A stretch of DNA of 64,000 nt from an uncultured Prevotellaceae bacterium (GCA_900319525.1 ONOU01000021.1:6149-70148), one strand, 5' to 3'. Positions 22,011 to 32,046 are shown, counted from the first letter of the stretch. The notes: a model not told the origin generated them from the letters alone. Translations and numbers: made by a program.

Positions 22011-22952
22011 ATGATGATTTCAATTATTGATCATATAGAATACTTGATTACACGCTATGATTGTGTAATCGTCCCGGGGTGGGGCGCATTCATCGCCAAC
22101 TATGACGCTTCGAGCTATGATGCCGAGGCTGGAGTGATGTCGCGTCCTCGCCGCTCCATAGGTTTTAATGCAAGTGTGAGTCACAGCGATGGCCTGCTGG
22201 CCCACTCGATGATGCGTCGTGAAGGCATGGATTATAACGAGGCAATGAAATACATCGCCGACAGTGTGACCACCTTCCGCCAGCAGTTGGCGATGGATAG
22301 CGAGGTCTCGATGGGACGTCTGGGCTACTTCCGCCGCAACGAGGGACGTTTCATTGAGTTTGTGCCCTTCTATCATGGCAACGGTAGCGATCAGTTCTAT
22401 GGTCTCGACGACATGGCCATCAAGGATGTGGCAACGCTTGAGCGTGATGCCGCCATGGCCGAGGAAATGCCTGCCGCCATTGTTCCTCAAGAGCGCAATC
22501 TGTTTGTGCGCAAGGCTGTGCGTGCCGCCGCCTCGATTGCTGTGCTGATCGGTTTGGGTGTAATCTTGTCAACGCCTATTATCGTCAACCGCAACCATCA
22601 GGACATTGCAAGCATGACGCCCACGATAACGGCTCCCCATGCTCAGCAATTGGGCGTGTCGGTAGAACAGGGCGTGACGACCGGGGAAATTACTCCTGTC
22701 GCTGCTCAGCCCACGATTGCCAGCGTTGGCAACGAGTCAGGACACTACTACATGGTGATTGCGACATTGCGCAACCAGCAGGAGCTGGATGCGTTCAAGA
22801 GCGCCAATCCCTCGCTGGTGCCCTATATGAAGATAATGAAGTATAAGGAATTCATGTGTGTATATGTGGCTCGTAGCGATAACTATGACACGTTAATGAG
22901 CCTGCGGGATGAACTCCCTGAGAGTTTGAGCGACATCTGGATTTACAGCTGA
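22011..22952 (+). CDS. HU-like N-terminal domain plus C-terminal SPOR domain protein
   Basis: The N-terminus (M)MISIIDHIEYLITRYDCVIVPGWGAFIANY is HU-CCDC81-like. The C-terminal YYMVIATLRNQQELDAF...YVARSDNYDTLMSL is a SPOR-type repeat. The start could be 22014. Confidence 0.6.
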   Translation: MMISIIDHIEYLITRYDCVIVPGWGAFIANYDASSYDAEAGVMSRPRRSIGFNASVSHSDGLLAHSMMRREGMDYNEAMKYIADSVTTFRQQLAMDSEVSMGRLGYFRRNEGRFIEFVPFYHGNGSDQFYGLDDMAIKDVATLERDAAMAEEMPAAIVPQERNLFVRKAVRAAASIAVLIGLGVILSTPIIVNRNHQDIASMTPTITAPHAQQLGVSVEQGVTTGEITPVAAQPTIASVGNESGHYYMVIATLRNQQELDAFKSANPSLVPYMKIMKYKEFMCVYVARSDNYDTLMSLRDELPESLSDIWIYS

Positions 22953-23363
22953 TGCGGGAAGCATCAGGCAGGTGTATCGTTTGCCCTTCAGCATCAACAT
23001 TACCACATCATCCTTTTCAATAATATGGAGCACGTCATCCCATGGGATGGCGTGCTTTTTCATGCGCTCGTCGCTAAAGGTGAGCGTGATGCCGTCGTGG
23101 TCGAGAGTTGCCGTTTTCTCCATGATAGACCATCTGGCCTCGGGTGACAGGCCGTAGTAGAAATAGAGCAGTGCCAAAACCATGGGTAGCACGATAAACA
23201 GTACCATCATCGCGACGATAATGAAACGCACGTCTACCCAGATGGCAAATATGCCACACAACGCAATGGGCAGTGCCATCCACAGCCAGTTGTCGGCAAC
23301 GAACATGGAGCACAAGTGCCTCATGTAGGTGCCCGAAGTGACACTGCATTGCCCGATGGTCAT
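22893..23363 (-). CDS. small membrane protein (YcxB-like, 2 TM helices plus PH-like domain)
   Basis: Its ATG overlaps the upstream stop (TAATG at 23361-23365). Two hydrophobic helices are followed by a soluble domain. The 3' end overlaps the convergent gene by 60 nt. Confidence 0.45.
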   Translation of the reverse strand: MTIGQCSVTSGTYMRHLCSMFVADNWLWMALPIALCGIFAIWVDVRFIIVAMMVLFIVLPMVLALLYFYYGLSPEARWSIMEKTATLDHDGITLTFSDERMKKHAIPWDDVLHIIEKDDVVMLMLKGKRYTCLMLPASAVNPDVAQTLREFIPQAH

Positions 23364-24505
23364 TATTTCTTCTTGTTTTTCTTGCTCTTGTTGAGAAGGG
23401 CACGGCGACGAGCCAGCTCCTCATAGCCGCGCTTGTAGGCTTGGATGTTTTTCAGCTTCAAGGTTTGGCAGTAGCCGGTACCCTCGTTGTTGTAGAGTTT
23501 GGACAGGTTAAGGTACTGCTTGCCATTGCCACGCTCAACAGGAAAAACTTCGGCTTTGCGCTTGTTGACGCGGTCGCACTGTACCGAGTGGTTGTCGGCA
23601 GTGGTCCCAGTCAGCTCGGGAGCTACACCGTCTTCACCTGTCCACACGGCATAAACCTCGGCACAGGGTGGATAACCTAAGGCAATCCACATCGTTGTGA
23701 GCAACGGACTCTCTCCGGGAATGACACCCTCGATGACGACGCTGGCCGTGGAAATGCGTCGGGGAATGAAGTCCTGATCCACAATCCACGAGTCGCCACT
23801 GCGAGTGAAGTCCTTGCCCAGCTGCGAGTTGTAGAAGGTGCGTGACAGCTCCTCGGTAAACACGGCGGGAGTGATGTCCTGGGCTGCGACGTGAGGAGCC
23901 AGCAATGCCTTCTCATTCTTCTCGCGCACGTATCCCATCCCCTTGTCTTTCACGCCGCTATAGGAATAGTTGGTGCGCATCAGAATGCCGTCTTGAGCGT
24001 CGGCGAGGTCAAATTTTACATACTTGTAATTGCCCGTCTCAAAGTAGGCCCCGTTGCCGGCGGCATCAATGACGCCGAAGTTGGCCTCGACTCCCAGCGG
24101 CTTGGGCAGCGTCTTCAACAGTCCTTCAAAATCGTCCACCGTCTTGCAGCGTTCCAGCGCATAGCGCATGAGCTCTCCCTCGCGGTCCATGTTCTTCACG
24201 CCATCGTTCCCATTCAGGTTGTAGGAGGCGGTGTTCATGATGGCAAAGCCGGCCTCGTTAAAGCCCATCCATGCCGCAGTATCGTTCAAGTCCCGTGCGT
24301 CAAATAAGGCCACAAACTCCATCAGCCCGTCGTGGCCCTTGATTCGCTCCACGCGGTTGTTCAGGTCGTTGGTGTCGCGGTTCTTCCACAGCAGCGGCCT
24401 GCCGTTGGCCGTGAGCTTGCCGCTCACGATGGCCGATGTGCAGGCGTCACCGGCGATTGCGAGGCACAGGATTGCTACCAGCGCTATCAATATCCCTTTT
24501 TTCAT
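23363..24505 (-). CDS. Ntn-hydrolase family protein (C45/choloylglycine hydrolase-like)
   Basis: The signal peptide ends ...AGDACTSAIVSG, placing a Cys nucleophile directly after the predicted cleavage site. 380 aa. Confidence 0.55.
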   Translation of the reverse strand: MKKGILIALVAILCLAIAGDACTSAIVSGKLTANGRPLLWKNRDTNDLNNRVERIKGHDGLMEFVALFDARDLNDTAAWMGFNEAGFAIMNTASYNLNGNDGVKNMDREGELMRYALERCKTVDDFEGLLKTLPKPLGVEANFGVIDAAGNGAYFETGNYKYVKFDLADAQDGILMRTNYSYSGVKDKGMGYVREKNEKALLAPHVAAQDITPAVFTEELSRTFYNSQLGKDFTRSGDSWIVDQDFIPRRISTASVVIEGVIPGESPLLTTMWIALGYPPCAEVYAVWTGEDGVAPELTGTTADNHSVQCDRVNKRKAEVFPVERGNGKQYLNLSKLYNNEGTGYCQTLKLKNIQAYKRGYEELARRRALLNKSKKNKKK

Positions 24506-24565
24506 TATCGATGAATTTAAATTATAAACGACAAAAACTTTTTTGGCAATGATTCCCTTTTACGT

Positions 24566-24925
24566 TCACTTGCGCACGTAGTGGGGCATCTCCTGCGGGA
24601 TAACCATTGAGATCTCGACCATGCCGCAGACTTTTCCGTCCCGCCGCCATGGCGTCTGGTAGATCATTTTCTTGACGCCCTGCTTGTCGATAGTGTAGCA
24701 GTTGACGGTATCGGTGGCAATCATGTGGCGGATTTTCTCTTGCGACTTCTCGCTGTGGCAAGGCATGAGATTCTGCCCGAGCATGGTGCGTCCATCCTTG
24801 TCAAACGTCGCGCGTGAGCGCTCGTTCATGAAAATCACTTTTCCTTCCAGGTCACACACGGTGATGGCGCAGTGGGTGCCTTCGGCCCATGCCAGCGCTT
24901 CGTTGATGATATCTTTTTCGTTCAT
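24566..24925 (-). CDS. stand-alone PAS domain protein
   Basis: 119 aa. AITVCDLEGKVIFMNERS...GQNLMPCH is a PAS-fold pattern. Confidence 0.55.
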   Translation of the reverse strand: MNEKDIINEALAWAEGTHCAITVCDLEGKVIFMNERSRATFDKDGRTMLGQNLMPCHSEKSQEKIRHMIATDTVNCYTIDKQGVKKMIYQTPWRRDGKVCGMVEISMVIPQEMPHYVRK

Positions 24926-24939
24926 GATGTTCTTTGGTT

Positions 24940-25905
24940 TTATTTGTTGTTGACAACGTTGACGGGAGTGCCGTTGAGGTAGGCGGCGACGTTACTGGTG
25001 ATGACATCCATCAGGCGCGTGCGGGCCTCAAAGCTGGTCCATCCGATGTGGGGCGTGAGGTAGCAGTTGCGCGCGGTGAGCAGGGGATGGTCGGCGGCGG
25101 GCGGCTCTACCGAGGTGCAGTCCACGGCGGCGGCATACAGGTGGCCGCTATTCAGTGCGTCGGCCAGGTCTTGCTCTACAATCAGTGCGCCGCGGGCCAT
25201 GTTGAGCACGATGGAGCCCTGCTTCATCATCGCCAGCCCATCGGCGTTGATCATTCCCGTGGTGTCGGCATTGAGCGGGCAGTGCATGGTCAGGACGTCG
25301 CTGGTGCGCAGCAGGTGCTCCAGGCTGTCGGCCTTGATGATGCCGTCGGGCAACTGTTCCTGGCTCTTGCTGGTATAGGCCATCACGCGCATGTTCATCG
25401 CCAGTGCCATGCGTGCCACAGCGCTGCCGATGTTGCCCAGGCCCACGATACCCATCTGCTTGCCTGCCAACTCGATCAGGGGCGTGTTGAAGTAAGCGTA
25501 GCTGCCGCAGTTGGTCCACTTGAGGTCGCGAGCCTCGTCGGTGTAGTGCTGGGGCTGCCAGCAGATGTTCAGCAAGTGGGCGATAGTGAGCTGTGCGACA
25601 CTGTCGGTGCTGTAGGCAGGCACGTTGGTCACGATGATGCCGCGCCGGCTGGCTTCGGCAACGTCGACGACGTTAAATCCGGTGGCCATGACACCAATGT
25701 ACTTGAGCTCGGGCAGCTGGGCGATGGTGGCTGCATCAATGGGGACCTTGTTGGTCAAGACCATCTCAGCGTCACGGCAACGCTCGACCACAGTGTCGGC
25801 AGTGCCAAAGTCATAGATGTCACAGGGAGCAAGTGCCTTCATGGGTTCCCACGATAGGTCACCGGGATTGCCGGCGTATCCGTCAAGAATAACGATTTTT
25901 CTCAT
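24940..25905 (-). CDS. D-isomer-specific 2-hydroxyacid dehydrogenase (glycerate dehydrogenase-like)
   Basis: The NAD site GIVGLGNIGSAVA is present, and the catalytic contexts MARGALI and TPHIGW. Confidence 0.85.
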   Translation of the reverse strand: MRKIVILDGYAGNPGDLSWEPMKALAPCDIYDFGTADTVVERCRDAEMVLTNKVPIDAATIAQLPELKYIGVMATGFNVVDVAEASRRGIIVTNVPAYSTDSVAQLTIAHLLNICWQPQHYTDEARDLKWTNCGSYAYFNTPLIELAGKQMGIVGLGNIGSAVARMALAMNMRVMAYTSKSQEQLPDGIIKADSLEHLLRTSDVLTMHCPLNADTTGMINADGLAMMKQGSIVLNMARGALIVEQDLADALNSGHLYAAAVDCTSVEPPAADHPLLTARNCYLTPHIGWTSFEARTRLMDVITSNVAAYLNGTPVNVVNNK

Positions 25906-25980
25906 AATGCTATTTTGTGATTATCGATTGTATTTGAGGACAAAATTAAATGAAAAAAGCCAAATGACAAAAATAATCAC

Positions 25981-25988
25981 TAATTTTG
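25981..25988 (+). promoter_or_regulatory. -7 promoter box (TAATTTTG) for the HU gene
   Basis: Matches TAnnTTTG, 29 nt upstream of the ATG at 26017. Confidence 0.4.
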
Positions 25989-26016
25989 CACATCGAAATA
26001 AAAAGAACGCCGAGAT

Positions 26017-26289
26017 ATGGATAACAAGAAGTTGGTTAGTACTGTTGCCACAAAGCTGGGCCGCACAAACGAGGATGTGAGCAAACTGCTTGATGCTCTG
26101 GCCGGTGTAATGCGTACAAGATGTGGCGAGATGGACACAATAGTAGTGCCCAGTTTCGGCACCTTTGAACCCAAGAAACGCAACGAGCGCGTCATGATTA
26201 ATCCCGGAAACGGTCGTCGAATGCTGATTCCTCCCCGTGTGGTGCTCACGTTCAAGATGAGTCATGTGTTAAAGGCAAAACTTAAATAA
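26017..26289 (+). CDS. HU family DNA-binding protein
   Basis: 90 aa. FGTFEPKKRNERVMINPGNGRRMLIPPRVVLTFK is the HU arm region. Confidence 0.85.
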   Translation: MDNKKLVSTVATKLGRTNEDVSKLLDALAGVMRTRCGEMDTIVVPSFGTFEPKKRNERVMINPGNGRRMLIPPRVVLTFKMSHVLKAKLK

Positions 26290-26319
26290 TCTCAAGGTAA
26301 AAAAGGAAGGGAATAACCG

Positions 26320-27564
26320 ATGAATGCAAAGATTACATTAGTGGAACTTACTCAGTTGATGGCCGAGTCCACCTCGACCACCAAACGCGTTTGTGAACTT
26401 TTCCTGCGCGAACTGTTCGCCACTATTTCCCAGGCACTCATCGAGGGCGAGAGCGTGAAGATTAAGGGTATAGGAACCTTTAAGGTGACCGAGGTGAAGC
26501 CTCGCAAGAGCGTGAGTGTCCAAAGCGGCAAAAGCATTGAGGTGAAAGGCTATAGCAGGATTACATTCACTCCCACCAAAGCGTTAGCGGCGGCCGTTAA
26601 TCAGCCGTTTGAACAATTTGAGACGGTTTACCTCCACGATGAGGTGAGCGATGAAAAACTTGCCGAAATCGATGAACGTTATCCTTCAATCCTTCCCGAA
26701 GACACTGTAGAGGTGCCAGCGGCACAGGAGGAGCCCAGTGGCGTTGAACAGCTTGCTGCCGCGCCCAATCAGAATGATGACTCGGCCGATAACCTCGATG
26801 CCCCGTCCACAACCGAAGTTGAACCGCAGCCTGTTCCCGATCAGGTTCGCCCGACAGTGATCGAAGAGCCAGTGGGTCAAAAAGCACTTGCCGCATTTGG
26901 TGTGCCTGTTGAGCACGAGCCGGCACCGGAACCCGAGGCGGCACCCGAACCCGAGGCGGCACCCGAAAAGCCCGCGCGGCTGGGTCCGCTCATGGGAATC
27001 CCTATCGATGGCCCCTCAACACCCGAGCCCGAAGCCGTCGCTGCAAAGCCCGTGCCCGAGCCTGAACCCGAACCCGACGAGGAAGACCATTTCTATCGAC
27101 CTGCTCCCCGCAATATCTTCACACCCACCAAGGAACAGATTTCGCGTCAGCAATCGCTCAATGAAAGGCGTCACCTGTGGCCTTGGCTCATCGCTGCGCT
27201 GGTAGCCGTGGGCGTCCTGGGCTATGTGTTTACCCGATGCGGAGGGCCGAGCGACAGCCAGCAGGCCGCCGTTGTGGCCAATAGTGACTCAATTGAAGCT
27301 GCGGTCGAGGAACCCCAAGTGATTACCGATACCGTGACGGCCCAGGTCGTGCTCGTCACGCTGTCCGAGAAGTATTATGGCAGCCCCTGGTTCTGGGTAT
27401 ATATCTACGAGGAGAACAAGGATATCATTTCCAATCCCAATAATGTGCGCCCCGGGACCGAGGTGGTGATTCCGCCTGCCGAGAAGTATGGCATCGATGC
27501 CAATGACCCCGCCAGCCTGAAGAAGGCGCAGCGCCGCTCATGGGAACTTCTGAAGGGCAAATGA
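26320..27564 (+). CDS. HU-like N-terminal domain, Pro/Glu-rich linker, TM helix and C-terminal LysM-like domain protein
   Basis: The N-terminal KIKGIGTFKVTEVKPRKSV is HU-like. PEPEAAPEPEAAPE repeats and a TM helix (LWPWLIAALVAVGVLGYVF) follow. The C-terminal tail has a LysM-type pattern. Confidence 0.6.
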   Translation: MNAKITLVELTQLMAESTSTTKRVCELFLRELFATISQALIEGESVKIKGIGTFKVTEVKPRKSVSVQSGKSIEVKGYSRITFTPTKALAAAVNQPFEQFETVYLHDEVSDEKLAEIDERYPSILPEDTVEVPAAQEEPSGVEQLAAAPNQNDDSADNLDAPSTTEVEPQPVPDQVRPTVIEEPVGQKALAAFGVPVEHEPAPEPEAAPEPEAAPEKPARLGPLMGIPIDGPSTPEPEAVAAKPVPEPEPEPDEEDHFYRPAPRNIFTPTKEQISRQQSLNERRHLWPWLIAALVAVGVLGYVFTRCGGPSDSQQAAVVANSDSIEAAVEEPQVITDTVTAQVVLVTLSEKYYGSPWFWVYIYEENKDIISNPNNVRPGTEVVIPPAEKYGIDANDPASLKKAQRRSWELLKGK

Positions 27565-27690
27565 TCCTTTCCTGATTTAATAAATGAAGAATGGCGCTGT
27601 GTCATAATTCCGCATCATGATCTAATCGGCCTAACGGCCGAGCGCAGCTCGATCGATGGTTTCAGATGCCAATTATGACACACCTTGTCC

Positions 27691-28749
27691 CTACTTCAGG
27701 AATGATTCTGGAGGCAGATTTGTCGAGTGGTGATAAGCGCTGTCCATCAAGCGCGCGCATTGTTGTGCGATGAGATGCCCGTCATCATAGTAATAATGCA
27801 AGTCGCTGCCCATGTCAGGGTCGTGGCTGTAGTCGTGTACACGTTCCCTCCCGAATATCCGCTCCATCTCATACAGGTCATGGTCGCTGATGGCCTCCCA
27901 TGCATAGTGTGGCGGGATGATGATCTGGTAGTCGGTGCCTTGCTGTTTCAGCATCCTGGCAATTTCGGTCAGCAGCGTCTCTACAGCGGGGGTGATCTTG
28001 TCGGGACAGGGCATCATCCTCATTGGCTGGGAGTAGCGGGCCATGTGGGCAGGGGTGAAGAAGGCGTCGGGATTGGTCGCGATCAGGGAGTCGGCCCATG
28101 CGTAATAACTCTCGTTGAGGGATTCGATGCGGTCTGGTATATCGGTGGTGGCATATCCCTTGTCAAGCACGAGCTGTGTCGTGAACGCATTGGGATATAA
28201 GGTATAGGCCATCAGTTCGGGGTGCCTGAAGGCGTTGAAGTACAGTTGGTGGAATTTCCACCACGACACGTTGGGCGCCGTGGACGGGTGTTGCACGTAC
28301 AGGATGTCTCCATCGAGAGGCTGCCGCTTGAGCATCTCATCCTCCATGACGATGAGGGCATGCTTGATGCTCACGCCGCGATGAGACAGGTAAGTCAGCT
28401 TGTTGAGGATGCCATGCAGGGTCTCGCGCGAGGCGTTGTAGTGGAATGCGCTCACACCTGGGGGCAAATGGGTTATCCAGTCCTGGATGCGGTAATAACC
28501 TGATAATGATGAGCCAAAGATGAAGGAGTCAAAATGACGTGTGGGGTAAAAGTAATTGAAGGCCTCGGTCGAGATGTAGCCTGCATTGACGGTGAGTTGC
28601 ACGGTGTCGGCCGGTGCGGGTGCCTCGCCATCGTAGCTGGACAGGACATTAAAGGGGTCTTTAATGAGGTATAGGCCCACCACCAGCAGGGCGGGTAGCA
28701 GTGCCAATAAACTCAGTAGGACAAACCGAGTGATACCCCTGTTCCTCAT
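27691..28749 (-). CDS. membrane-anchored hypothetical protein (SGNH/DltD-like motifs)
   Basis: N-terminal TM anchor. FGSSLS near the N-terminus and DDGHL near the C-terminus resemble SGNH block I and V. Last gene of the dTDP-sugar operon. Confidence 0.4.
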   Translation of the reverse strand: MRNRGITRFVLLSLLALLPALLVVGLYLIKDPFNVLSSYDGEAPAPADTVQLTVNAGYISTEAFNYFYPTRHFDSFIFGSSLSGYYRIQDWITHLPPGVSAFHYNASRETLHGILNKLTYLSHRGVSIKHALIVMEDEMLKRQPLDGDILYVQHPSTAPNVSWWKFHQLYFNAFRHPELMAYTLYPNAFTTQLVLDKGYATTDIPDRIESLNESYYAWADSLIATNPDAFFTPAHMARYSQPMRMMPCPDKITPAVETLLTEIARMLKQQGTDYQIIIPPHYAWEAISDHDLYEMERIFGRERVHDYSHDPDMGSDLHYYYDDGHLIAQQCARLMDSAYHHSTNLPPESFLK

Positions 28750-28764
28750 CAGAAAAAAGTGGAA

Positions 28765-29886
28765 TCAATAACTGTTGATGACCCCTGCTATAACACGTGC
28801 GTCATCAGGCGAGATGGGGTGGGCGATGGGCAGGGAAACGATCTCGCTGGCCAGACGCTCGGTCACGGGCAGTTCGGCATGGCTGAGGCTGTGGTAGCAA
28901 GGCTGGCGGTGAGGAGGAACGGCATAGTGGATGTCGGTGCCAATGCCGTATTTATCCAGCAGAGCACGGAAGGCGTCGCGTCCCTCGACACGAATTACAT
29001 ACTGGTGCCACGTCTGCTTGATGCCGTCAAAGATGCTCGGTGTGGTCACGCGGGGATTGCTGATGCTGTCGCGATAGGTGCGTGCGACAGCGGCCCGTTC
29101 ATCGTTTTCACGGTCCAGATGCCTCAATTTGACCCGTAACATGGCCGCTTGAATCTCGTCAAGGCGGCAGTTGTAGCCCTGATAGATGTTGTGGTATCGG
29201 CGGTCTGAGCCATAGTTGGCCAGCGCTCTGACTGTTGCGGCCAGTGAGGCGTCGTTGGTGGTAATGGCACCGCCGTCACCCAGCGCTCCCAGGTTCTTGG
29301 TGGGATAGAAACTGATGCCGGCAGCATCGCCCAGGCCGCCAGTGACGAATGTGCCGTTGAGTCCGGCGATGTCGCTGATGGCGCCGATGGCTTGTGCGTT
29401 GTCCTCGATGATGAGCAGGTTGTGGCTGCGTGCCACCCTGGTGAGCTCATTGTCCCAGCATGGCGTGCCGTAGAGGTGAACCGGCATGACGGCGCGCGTG
29501 CGCGGGGTGATGAGTCCTTGCAGCAGAGCCGTATCCATGTTCATCGTCTCCTCGCTGATGTCGCACAGCACGGGCACTAGCCCATTGTCGCTGATGGCCA
29601 GCACACTGGCAATGTAGGTGTTGGCAGGCGCAATGACTTCATCGCCATTGTGCAGGATGCCCATTTCCTTGTATGCCCGCAAGATGAGCCTCAAGGCATC
29701 CAGACCATTGCTCACGCTGACGCAATACTCCGTCTTGCACAATTGGGCAATTTCCTGTTCCAACAGCTCTGTTTGCTGCCCGTGCAGGTATCGTCCGCTC
29801 TCAATCACACCGGTAGCGGCGGCCTTGAGTTCGTCCATATAGGGCGCATTGGTGAGCGCCAAATCAAGAAATGGGTACTTCTTCAT
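28765..29886 (-). CDS. DegT/DnrJ/EryC1/StrS family aminotransferase (dTDP-keto-sugar aminotransferase, FdtB/WecE-like)
   Basis: 373 aa. FYPTKNLGALGDGGAI contains the PLP-lysine context, and the N-terminal MKKYPFLDL is typical of the family. Confidence 0.85.
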   Translation of the reverse strand: MKKYPFLDLALTNAPYMDELKAAATGVIESGRYLHGQQTELLEQEIAQLCKTEYCVSVSNGLDALRLILRAYKEMGILHNGDEVIAPANTYIASVLAISDNGLVPVLCDISEETMNMDTALLQGLITPRTRAVMPVHLYGTPCWDNELTRVARSHNLLIIEDNAQAIGAISDIAGLNGTFVTGGLGDAAGISFYPTKNLGALGDGGAITTNDASLAATVRALANYGSDRRYHNIYQGYNCRLDEIQAAMLRVKLRHLDRENDERAAVARTYRDSISNPRVTTPSIFDGIKQTWHQYVIRVEGRDAFRALLDKYGIGTDIHYAVPPHRQPCYHSLSHAELPVTERLASEIVSLPIAHPISPDDARVIAGVINSY

Positions 29887-29900
29887 GTTCGGTCGGGTTG

Positions 29901-30359
29901 TTATGGTTTGCTCTTCATGCTATGTTTCAAGCCCATGAACTCCTGATAGTCTCTCACATAGTCCTCCTCGTCAAAGTGGTGTGAGGCCAGTGCCAGACAT
30001 ACCGAGCCTGACGAAAAGTTCTGAAGCGTGCGCCAGATGCCGGGCACCACAAGCAGCCCCTGATTGGGACGGTTGAGGGTGTAGGTGTGCTGGTTGGTGC
30101 CATCGTCGATGGTCACGTCAAAGCTGCCGCTGATGGCTATGATGAACTCATGGCACGTGTAGTGGCTGTGTCCCCCTCGCTCGGCCCCGCCTGGCACGTC
30201 ATATATATAAAATGTGCGTTGCAGCTCAAAGGGCAACTCCACGCCATTGTTGATGGCCGTTAAGTTGCCATTGGCATGATGGTGGCGGTTCAGGGTGATT
30301 AATCTACAGTCATTGATATTTGACATGTTGTGAATTTTTAGTTTGTCAATACTACTCAT
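29901..30359 (-). CDS. WxcM/FdtA-like cupin (dTDP-4-keto-6-deoxyglucose 3,4-isomerase family), copy 2
   Basis: NGNLTAIN...FELQRTFYIYDVPGGAERGGHSH...ISGSFDV is a paralogue of the upstream gene. Confidence 0.7.
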   Translation of the reverse strand: MSSIDKLKIHNMSNINDCRLITLNRHHHANGNLTAINNGVELPFELQRTFYIYDVPGGAERGGHSHYTCHEFIIAISGSFDVTIDDGTNQHTYTLNRPNQGLLVVPGIWRTLQNFSSGSVCLALASHHFDEEDYVRDYQEFMGLKHSMKSKP

Positions 30360-30780
30360 TGTGATTGGAATTGATTAAATGCTGGAAATATTCAATATCG
30401 GTGATATAGTCATTTTCGTCATAAAGGGTGCTGGAGAGTACCAGCGCTACCGAGTTGGTAGAGAAGTTGTTGATGTGGCGCCACGTCATGTTGGGGACGT
30501 AGAGGCCTATCTGGGGGCGTGACAAGTGGAACGTCTGCTCCTGCCGCCCGGTGTTCACCACCACGTCAAAGCTGCCGCTCAGGGCAATCAGGAATTCCTC
30601 TTGCCGCTTGAAGGCATGACCGTCACGCCACATGCCGCTAGGCACATCATATATCCAATAGTTGCGCTGCACCGTGAAGGGCACGTGCTTGCCGCTCTCG
30701 ATGAAGGTGAGGTTGCCGCGAGGATCATTGATCTTGGGCAACGTGATGAGGCGCGGTATTTTCAGGCCGTCCTTATCCAT
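30352..30780 (-). CDS. WxcM/FdtA-like cupin (dTDP-4-keto-6-deoxyglucose 3,4-isomerase family), copy 1
   Basis: RGNLTFIE...[23 protein letters not shown]...LSGSFDV. It overlaps its neighbours by 8 nt on each side, consistent with an operon. Confidence 0.7.
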   Translation of the reverse strand: MDKDGLKIPRLITLPKINDPRGNLTFIESGKHVPFTVQRNYWIYDVPSGMWRDGHAFKRQEEFLIALSGSFDVVVNTGRQEQTFHLSRPQIGLYVPNMTWRHINNFSTNSVALVLSSTLYDENDYITDIEYFQHLINSNHNE

Positions 30781-31654
30781 GCCGCTGGGCCAATTTAATC
30801 AGGTACTGACCGTAGTGGTTCTTCTTCATGGGCTCGGCCAGGGCCAGCAGCTGGGTGGCGTCGATCCATCCCTTGCGATAGGCGATTTCCTCGAGGGCTG
30901 CCACCTGCACACCCTGCATGTTGACGATGGTGCCGATGAAGTTGGATGCGTCGGCCATCGACTCGCTGGTGCCCGTGTCAAGCCAGGCGAAGCCTCGTCC
31001 CAGCGTCTGGACATAGACGCGGTCCTGAGCGAGGAAATTCTGGTTCACAGTGGTGATCTCGAGTTCGCCGCGGGCGCTGGGCTTGATGCTTTTGGCAATC
31101 TGTACCACATCGTTGGGGTAGAAGTAGAGCCCCGTCACGGCATAGTTGCTCTTGGGGTGCTCTGGCTTCTCTTCCAGGCTGGTTGCGTTGCCGTGCTCGT
31201 CAAAGGCCACCACACCAAAGCGGTTGGGGTCTTTCACGGCATAGGCCCACAACGTGCAGACGTTGTCGCGCTCGGTGCGCTCCACGGCGTTGAGCAGCAT
31301 CTGTGTGAAACTCTGGCCATAGAAGATGTTGTCGCCCAAAACCAGGCATACGCTGTCATTGCCGATGAACTGTTCGCCGATGATGAAGGCCTGGGCGAGC
31401 CCCTCGGGGCGGGGTTGCTCGGCATACTCAAAGTGCACGCCGATGTCACTGCCGTCACCAAGCAGCCTGCGGAATAATGGCAAGTCTTGAGGCGTGGAGA
31501 TAATCAGAATCTCGCGGATGCCAGCCAGCATCAGCACCGAGATGGGATAATACACCATGGGCTTGTCATAGATGGGTATCAGTTGCTTGGAGATGCACTT
31601 GGTCACGGGATAAAGCCGTGTGCCAGAGCCTCCTGCCAGTACGATTCCTTTCAT
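30773..31654 (-). CDS. rfbA: glucose-1-phosphate thymidylyltransferase
   Basis: [18 protein letters not shown] is the RmlA signature. 293 aa. Confidence 0.95.
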   Translation of the reverse strand: MKGIVLAGGSGTRLYPVTKCISKQLIPIYDKPMVYYPISVLMLAGIREILIISTPQDLPLFRRLLGDGSDIGVHFEYAEQPRPEGLAQAFIIGEQFIGNDSVCLVLGDNIFYGQSFTQMLLNAVERTERDNVCTLWAYAVKDPNRFGVVAFDEHGNATSLEEKPEHPKSNYAVTGLYFYPNDVVQIAKSIKPSARGELEITTVNQNFLAQDRVYVQTLGRGFAWLDTGTSESMADASNFIGTIVNMQGVQVAALEEIAYRKGWIDATQLLALAEPMKKNHYGQYLIKLAQRHG

Positions 31655-31978
31655 ACGCTAGTGACTATATTTAATGGTTGTCGTGATCTGTTGTTTACTT
31701 TTAACTTGCGAAGATACTAAGTTTTTGCCAACGCACCAAGCATTAGGCTTGAAAAAATGGTCAATTCACCTGGGTGGAGGGCGCAGTGAGGCTGATTGGA
31801 GCCCGAGGGCGGCGACGGGTGCTGCCGCCGCTGCACGTCGGTTATAGATTATCGGTTGTCGATGCTGATGGGTAAGAAATCATCATTTTTTGGGCCGAAA
31901 GTGTCAAAAATTCTAAATTGGGCTGAATAAATCGAAAATTTGTTATCGTTTTATGGTGACTGCGTGACAAATTTGCAG

Positions 31979-31986
31979 TACTTTTG
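31979..31986 (+). promoter_or_regulatory. -7 promoter box (TACTTTTG) for pfp
   Basis: Matches TAnnTTTG, 60 nt upstream of the ATG at 32047. Confidence 0.4.
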
Positions 31987-32046
31987 TGGCCGTGAAATGA
32001 GTAAAAAAGATTGTCAAATCGTTTATACAAACCAAATACTACAACA

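Noticed and set aside
26929-26964. An exact tandem 18-bp repeat, GAACCCGAGGCGGCACCC x2.
   Set aside because: It lies inside the Pro/Glu-rich linker of the HU-LysM protein and encodes PEPEAA repeats in frame. It is a coding low-complexity expansion, not a regulatory repeat or CRISPR-like array.
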